From Phycisphaerales bacterium (GTDB lineage Bacteria; Planctomycetota; Phycisphaerae; Phycisphaerales; UBA1924), in the NCBI GenBank assembly GCA_965227775.1, contig OZ245777.1, forward strand, positions 1,568,001 to 1,632,000: 64,000 bases of DNA. Reading direction: 5' to 3'. The notes beneath the pieces were generated by a model. That model saw nothing but the letters and a program-made list of their open reading frames with translations. It had not been told where the DNA came from and ran no database searches. Both the position numbers and the translations under genes were made by a program. Numbering within the stretch: the stretch's first letter is position 1; each line of letters opens with the position of its first letter. Of this stretch, positions 58,741 to 64,000 are shown piece by piece.

Positions 58741-60621
58741 CTACCCAACTTCGGCAGGTTTCGGGCCGCGATGCAACGCAAGATCGTGGGCCTGGGCGTA
58801 CGCCTCGCCCATCTCCATCCAATCGAACAGCCAGGAGCGTTGCTCGGCCGAGTTTCGCACGCGGATGCGTTCTCGCTGTGTGAGCTCGCAGAACTCCAGC
58901 ATCCGACGCGCGAGCGCTTCCACGGCCTGCTCGGTCGTCTTGTGCCGACGCTGGAGCACCCACGGTGCCCAGCCGGCGGGCTGCGCGTGCCGCTCGGTCA
59001 CGAAGTCACCAAAGCCCGACATGTCGGTCGTGATGGCCGGCACGCCCAGCGCCAGGCACTCCAGCGGCGTGTAGCCCCAGGGCTCGTAGGTGCTGGGGAA
59101 CACGCCCAAGTGACAGCCGCGCACGAACTGGTCGTACTCCATGCCCCAGAGCGGGTTGGTCGGGCTGATGAACTGCGGGTGGTAGACGATCTTGACGCGG
59201 TCCTCGGGATCGTTGCGAAGGCCCGCGACGGCGATCTCGCTGAGCACCTCGTCGCGCGGGTCGCCCTCGAGCGTGTGGGTGATGACGCTGGGCCAGCCCC
59301 GCGTGCGGAAGGCCGCCTGCGTGCGCTTCAGCCGGAGCATCCAGTACTCCTCGGCCATCGAGTCGAGCGAGACGCGTCCCTCGCTGGCGGCCGTGCGGAA
59401 CAGCCGCTCGCGCAGATCGTCGGCGATGTGCTCGCACACGTCCTCGAGTTCGTCGAGCACGGCCCGGTTCTGCAGCACGACGGGATCGATCGAACGCACG
59501 TCGCGGCGCGTCACGATGAACGACACCACCGTGTGCGGGTTGTCGGTCTCGCGCAAGAGCTGGTTGAGCCGTGCGTTGGCGCGGATGAACAGGTCGAAGC
59601 CCTTGTTCCGGGGCTCGTATCGCCCGCTCGTGAAGAAGTAGAGTGTGTTGTCCAGGTCGATCGGCCGCGTGGGGAAGAAGTGGCCCATCGTGAAGTGGTG
59701 GACCTTGTCCTTGAACACCGCGTGGAGCGTCTGGAATTCGTGGCCCACGCTCAGGCGCCCGATGTCCAGCCCGTTGGGCAGGATGGCGTCGGGCTTGCGC
59801 CCCAGCAGGTGCTCGCACTCGACGCCCGTCAGTGGGCTGATGGTCGTCATCACATCGCAATCGCGTGCGGCCAGCCGCTCGTAGTCGTGTCGGGATCGGA
59901 TGCCGAATCGGTCGGCTTCGGCGGCGTGGTCGAGCCCCTCGACGGTCTCGGGCGGGTCATCGCTGCTGGCCAGGTACCGGCCAAGCAGGGTGGCGTGCGT
60001 CGTGAAGACCGTCGAGACCGGCTGCTCCTCGCGCTTCATGAGCGGGATGGCAAGGCCGCCCATCCACTCGTGGAAGTGGGCCATTACGCGTCGCGGGTTC
60101 CGTCGTGCCGGTCGCTGGTCTCGCCAGGCGTGGTCGACGGCGCGCATGAAGTGGCGCGTGACGTCGGCGAAGGCGATCACGCCGTCCACCATCTCGTCGC
60201 CGCTGGGAGAGCTCACCTTGTCGTGCTGCCAGAGGTAGAACTTCTCGCTATTGATGCGTTCCGCCGGCAGGTCGTGATCGAGCAAGACGACCCGGGGCCG
60301 GCCCGGAACCAGCCAGCGACCGGTGTGGCAGGCGATGCCGATGTCGTCCATCGCCGCGACGGCGCGTGCCAGCCAGCCCGTCGGCCGCCGCGGCTCCATT
60401 TCAAGCGCCGCCTGATCGGGCACGTACGGGCCCACCATCAGGTAGCGGTCGTCCCAATGGTCAACCATGGTGGCGGCTTTCGACCGCAGTACCTGGTAGA
60501 TGCCGCCGATGGGGTTGCAGACCTCGTATCCGACCTCAATGAGCAGCACGCCGGGCGACCCACGTCCCCCGGGGAGCGTGGCGTGCCGTTCTGGTTCGTG
60601 TTCCGCTCTGCTGAGGGCCAC
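58741..60621 (-). CDS. Glycogen synthase, GT3 (fungal/animal-type family)
   Basis: EVCNPIGGIYQVLRSKA, HFHEW, FTTHATLLGRYL, GRYEPRNKG, RGCHLGVFPSTYEPWGYTPLEC. Confidence 0.93.
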   Translation of the reverse strand: MALSRAEHEPERHATLPGGRGSPGVLLIEVGYEVCNPIGGIYQVLRSKAATMVDHWDDRYLMVGPYVPDQAALEMEPRRPTGWLARAVAAMDDIGIACHTGRWLVPGRPRVVLLDHDLPAERINSEKFYLWQHDKVSSPSGDEMVDGVIAFADVTRHFMRAVDHAWRDQRPARRNPRRVMAHFHEWMGGLAIPLMKREEQPVSTVFTTHATLLGRYLASSDDPPETVEGLDHAAEADRFGIRSRHDYERLAARDCDVMTTISPLTGVECEHLLGRKPDAILPNGLDIGRLSVGHEFQTLHAVFKDKVHHFTMGHFFPTRPIDLDNTLYFFTSGRYEPRNKGFDLFIRANARLNQLLRETDNPHTVVSFIVTRRDVRSIDPVVLQNRAVLDELEDVCEHIADDLRERLFRTAASEGRVSLDSMAEEYWMLRLKRTQAAFRTRGWPSVITHTLEGDPRDEVLSEIAVAGLRNDPEDRVKIVYHPQFISPTNPLWGMEYDQFVRGCHLGVFPSTYEPWGYTPLECLALGVPAITTDMSGFGDFVTERHAQPAGWAPWVLQRRHKTTEQAVEALARRMLEFCELTQRERIRVRNSAEQRSWLFDWMEMGEAYAQAHDLALHRGPKPAEVG

Positions 60622-60960
60622 GTCGCTCTCCGAGGAAGGTGCGTTGCCGCGTCCGGGCTGCGCAATCCTTGCGCGGCTCGGGGTCAGTGTCGTGTCTTCT
60701 GCTCCGTATTCGGGTGGGAGCGTCTTACCACTATCGGTCCCGTTCTCGGTCCGCGTGAGCCAGAACGAGCGCGCTGATGGCGTGAAACGCGCATGCTCGC
60801 GTGTTGTTCGTTCGGGTTTGGTGAAATCGCCCGCCTACTGCGTCCAAAGTCGTATCTTTTGCTGGTCGATATTCCGAGCGAACCGTACGATTCACTGGAG
60901 AGGGTGGACCGTTGCGGCGGCTCTCGGCGAGTGTCCCCGCCGCCTGGATGGAGGTCGGCC

Positions 60961-61389
60961 GTGATCGGCTCGAACAGCACAGCGCTCCGTCAGCACGCCT
61001 ACTCGGTGTTTACGGCATCTCGTCGGGAGCGAGCGGCCCAGAGCGAGGCGCCCGATTCGGTGCGCCGGCTTCCCGTTCCTGATGCGCCCCGGCTTGAGCG
61101 AGCTCTGCCGCCGAGGGTGGTCGAGCCCAAGGCCCCGAGCGTGGACCAGACGCCCGTTGCTAACCGCCCGTCCGGTGCCGTTCGAGAGTCGCTGCTGCAG
61201 CACGCCGCCCCGACCGCGAATCGCTCGCTTGCCAGTCGGCCCAAGTCGGTCGCAGCCGAGCCCACCCAAGACGAGATCCGCCGTCGTGCGTACGAGATCT
61301 TCGAGGCGCGCGGCTCGACCCCTGGCAACGACGTAGCCGACTGGCTCCGGGCGGAGGCCGAACTGCGGCGCGAGCGCGGCCTGACCTGA
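60961..61389 (+). CDS. DUF2934-domain protein
   Basis: IRRRAYEIFEARG...DVADWLRAEAEL; GTG start after GGAGGT; start uncertain. Confidence 0.8.
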   Translation: MIGSNSTALRQHAYSVFTASRRERAAQSEAPDSVRRLPVPDAPRLERALPPRVVEPKAPSVDQTPVANRPSGAVRESLLQHAAPTANRSLASRPKSVAAEPTQDEIRRRAYEIFEARGSTPGNDVADWLRAEAELRRERGLT

Positions 61390-61511
61390 CACGCCGTGGC
61401 GCGGGGATCCCGCGATGCGATGAGGCTGGATCATGCTTGGTTTTCGGTCGATCTGTGCTAGGGCGGCGTGCCGGCCGCTCGGAGAGCCCAGACGTGACCA
61501 ACCATGCCCTC

Positions 61512-63446
61512 ATGATGCCGCCCGACGCACGCGCAATGGGCCGACCCTTCGACCTCGGCTGGATCTCCGCCGACGACCAGTACTGGTTCAACGAGGGCAC
61601 GCATGCGCACCTGTTTGAGAAGCTCGGCGCCCACCCACTCCCGGGCGGCCAGGGCGTGCGATTCGGCGTGTGGGCACCCAACGCCCGGGCCGTGTCGGTG
61701 GTGGGGGATTGGAACTACTGGTCGGCCGGCGCGGATCCGCTGACGCCGGTGGGTAGCAGCGGCCTGTGGGTGGGCATCGCCGCGAACGCGCGAGAAGGTG
61801 CGCACTACAAGTACATCATCGATTCCCACGCCGGCGGGCGGCGCCTCGAGAAGACCGATCCCTTCGGCTTCCGCCAGGAGCAACCGCCGCGGACCGCCTC
61901 CATCGTGCACGGGCTCGACTATCAGTGGAACGATGAGGCCTGGATGCGCACGCGCGGCGAGCGACATCGCGTCGATCGGCCCATGAGCATCTACGAGCTG
62001 CACCTTGGATCGTGGCGACGCGTACCCGAAGACAACAACCGGAGCTTGAACTATCGAGAGCTTGCTCCGCAGCTCGCCGAGTACTGCAACCGCCTCGGGT
62101 TCACGCACGTCGAGCTCATGCCCGTGATGGAGCACCCGCTGTACAAGAGCTGGGGCTACCAGACGGTCGGCTACTTCGCACCCACGAGCCGTTATGGCAC
62201 ACCGCAGGACTTCATGTTCCTGATCGACACGCTGCACCAGGCGGGCATCGGCGTGATCCTCGACTGGGTGCCGAGCCACTTCCCCGCTGATGCGCACGGG
62301 CTGGCGCTCTTCGACGGCACGCACCTGTTCGAGCACGAGGACCCGCGCGAGGGCTTCCACCCCGACTGGAAGTCCATGATCTTCAACTACGGGCGGCACG
62401 AGGTCCGCAGCTTCCTCATTTCGAGCGCGATGTTCTGGCTCGACAAGTACCACGTCGACGGCATTCGTGTCGATGCCGTCGCTTCGATGCTCTACCGCGA
62501 CTACTCGCGTGAAGAGGGCGAGTGGATTCCCAACATCTACGGCGGGCGCGAGAACCTCGAGGCCATCGACTTCCTGCGACAGCTCAACACCACGCTGTAC
62601 GGTGCGCACCCGGACATCGTCACATTCGCTGAAGAGTCGACCGCCTGGCCCGGCGTGTCCCGCCCTGCGCATCTGGGCGGCTTGGGCTTTGGGTACAAGT
62701 GGGACATGGGCTGGATGCACGACATCTTGCGGTACCTTGGGCACGAACCCATCCACCGCAAGTACCACCACAACGAGATCAGCTTCCGTGCCGTCTACCA
62801 ATTCAGCGAGAACTACGTCATGCCCCTCAGCCACGACGAGGTGGTGCACGGCAAGGGCTCGCTGCTCGACCGCATGCCGGGAGATGAGTGGCAGCGGCTC
62901 GCCAACATGCGGCTGCTCTACGGCTTGCAATGGACCCAGCCGGGCAAGAAGCTGCTCTTCATGGGCGGCGAGCTGGCCCAGGTGCCCGAGTGGGATCACG
63001 ACAGCAGCATCGAGTGGCACCTGGAGGGTGTGCCGCACCATGCCGGTATTGCGGCTCTGGTTGGGACCCTGAACGATCTGTACAAGCGCGAGCCCGCGTT
63101 GCACCAGCGAGACTGCGACTCCCGCGGGTTCGAGTGGATCGATTGCACCGACAGCCAAGACACGGTCATCTCGTTCCTGCGCCGCGGCGTGAATCCGCGC
63201 GACACCGTACTTGTCGTCGCCAACTTCACACCCGTCGTCCGCTACGGCTACACGCTGGGCGTTCCCTTTGGCGGCAAGTGGAGCGAGGCGCTTAACACCG
63301 ACGCAGAGTGCTTCGGCGGCTCGGGCGTTGGCAACCTCGGCGGCGTGGAGGCCGTTCACTCGCCGTCGCACGGGCGGCCGTACCGAGTCGATCTCACGCT
63401 TCCGCCGCTCGCGGTCGTCGTGCTGCGGTGCGAGCCGGGCGAATGA
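61512..63446 (+). CDS. glgB: 1,4-alpha-glucan branching enzyme (GH13)
   Basis: VWAPNA, IYELHLGSW, WGYQ, DWVPSHF, RVDAVASM, AEEST, LSHDEVVHGK; start 61512 or 61536. Confidence 0.96.
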   Translation: MMPPDARAMGRPFDLGWISADDQYWFNEGTHAHLFEKLGAHPLPGGQGVRFGVWAPNARAVSVVGDWNYWSAGADPLTPVGSSGLWVGIAANAREGAHYKYIIDSHAGGRRLEKTDPFGFRQEQPPRTASIVHGLDYQWNDEAWMRTRGERHRVDRPMSIYELHLGSWRRVPEDNNRSLNYRELAPQLAEYCNRLGFTHVELMPVMEHPLYKSWGYQTVGYFAPTSRYGTPQDFMFLIDTLHQAGIGVILDWVPSHFPADAHGLALFDGTHLFEHEDPREGFHPDWKSMIFNYGRHEVRSFLISSAMFWLDKYHVDGIRVDAVASMLYRDYSREEGEWIPNIYGGRENLEAIDFLRQLNTTLYGAHPDIVTFAEESTAWPGVSRPAHLGGLGFGYKWDMGWMHDILRYLGHEPIHRKYHHNEISFRAVYQFSENYVMPLSHDEVVHGKGSLLDRMPGDEWQRLANMRLLYGLQWTQPGKKLLFMGGELAQVPEWDHDSSIEWHLEGVPHHAGIAALVGTLNDLYKREPALHQRDCDSRGFEWIDCTDSQDTVISFLRRGVNPRDTVLVVANFTPVVRYGYTLGVPFGGKWSEALNTDAECFGGSGVGNLGGVEAVHSPSHGRPYRVDLTLPPLAVVVLRCEPGE

Positions 63447-64000
63447 GCGTCCGAGCCGAAGACACGCGCGACCCCGCGCTGCTGCGCCTTGCGCGTTCGC
63501 ATGGTCTGCTAACCGAGCACGAGAACGGCATGGGCGTGCAGCGCTACCCGAGCGAGGCGGCACTGATCGCCGTGCTCCGCGCGCTCGGTGTTGATCTCGA
63601 TCGGCCCGTGGACGCTGATCGGGTATCTCAGCCAGCGAGCGCACCCAAGCGATTCTGGAGGGACGACCGCCGACGGCTTGGCGCTTTTGTTCCGCTCTAC
63701 GCGTTGCGATTCGAGGGCGGCGTCGGTGTTGGAGACCTCGACGGACTCGGGCGGCTGTGCGAATGGGCGGGAGGCCGGGGTGTATCGCTTGTGAGCACGC
63801 TGCCACTGTTGGCAGGACGGTACACGAACCCGACCGACGGCTGCCCCTACGCGCCGCTGAGCCGGAGCGTTTTCAGTGAGCTGTTCCTCGATCTTCGGGA
63901 GTTCATGACGACCGAGGAGCGGGCTGAAGCCAAGCGCATCTCTGCAGCACCACTGGTCGACTACCAGGCAAGCTGGCAGCTTAAGCGATGGGTGCTTGCG
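63443..64000 (+). CDS. malQ: 4-alpha-glucanotransferase (GH77), N-terminal part, truncated at the window end
   Basis: My translation: MSVRAEDTRDPALLRLARSHG...GAFVPLYALR..GVGDL...TLPLL...CPYAPLSR; ATGA overlap with the glgB stop. Confidence 0.85.
   Translation, partial: MSVRAEDTRDPALLRLARSHGLLTEHENGMGVQRYPSEAALIAVLRALGVDLDRPVDADRVSQPASAPKRFWRDDRRRLGAFVPLYALRFEGGVGVGDLDGLGRLCEWAGGRGVSLVSTLPLLAGRYTNPTDGCPYAPLSRSVFSELFLDLREFMTTEERAEAKRISAAPLVDYQASWQLKRWVLA

Noticed and set aside
58708..63806. Long antisense ORFs (58708..60777 +, 61458..63806 -; also 23739..25262 + and 7566..8789 +)
   Set aside because: Shadow frames of well-supported genes, expected from GC3 bias; no recognisable motifs.

Overview
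GC-rich bacterial chromosomal window, almost certainly Planctomycetota (order Phycisphaerales), inferred from a GC-type dockerin C-terminal anchor, IPLPG/VPAPG PEP-CTERM-like sorting tails, a CxxCGYDLRG zinc-ribbon membrane protein and a TPR-alphaCTD protein. It holds about 60 CDS and one tRNA-Phe(GAA). Housekeeping genes: pyrH, frr, alaS, cinA, ligA, folD, pdxA, asnS, folC, HU, ferredoxin. Modules: a small AraC/VOC/SnoaL islet whose AraC carries an in-frame TAG; an Hpt + REC-GGDEF pair; an exosortase/exopolysaccharide locus (PssD/PssE, UDP-sugar dehydrogenase, GT4, exosortase-EpsI, Wzc-like kinase, 1401-aa TPR protein, PEP-CTERM-like substrate); an ECF sigma/ZAS anti-sigma pair; mscK-corA; two FKBP genes; and a glycogen cluster (GT3 synthase, glgP, glgB, partial malQ). 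I found no integrase, transposase, prophage, CRISPR or defence genes. Best candidates for undescribed biology: (1) a TPR protein with two free RNA polymerase alpha-CTDs followed by an intergenic region shaped like one or two promoter-to-terminator small RNAs; (2) a eukaryote-style glycogen module with a retained G6P allosteric site and a phosphorylase insertion at the plant L78 position; (3) a low-GC in-frame cassette inside a eukaryote-like AlaRS; (4) a Wzc kinase lacking its tyrosine cluster; (5) a FolD lacking the cyclohydrolase residues; (6) a window-wide leaderless-mRNA signature. All family calls come from motif recognition by eye; no database searches were run.
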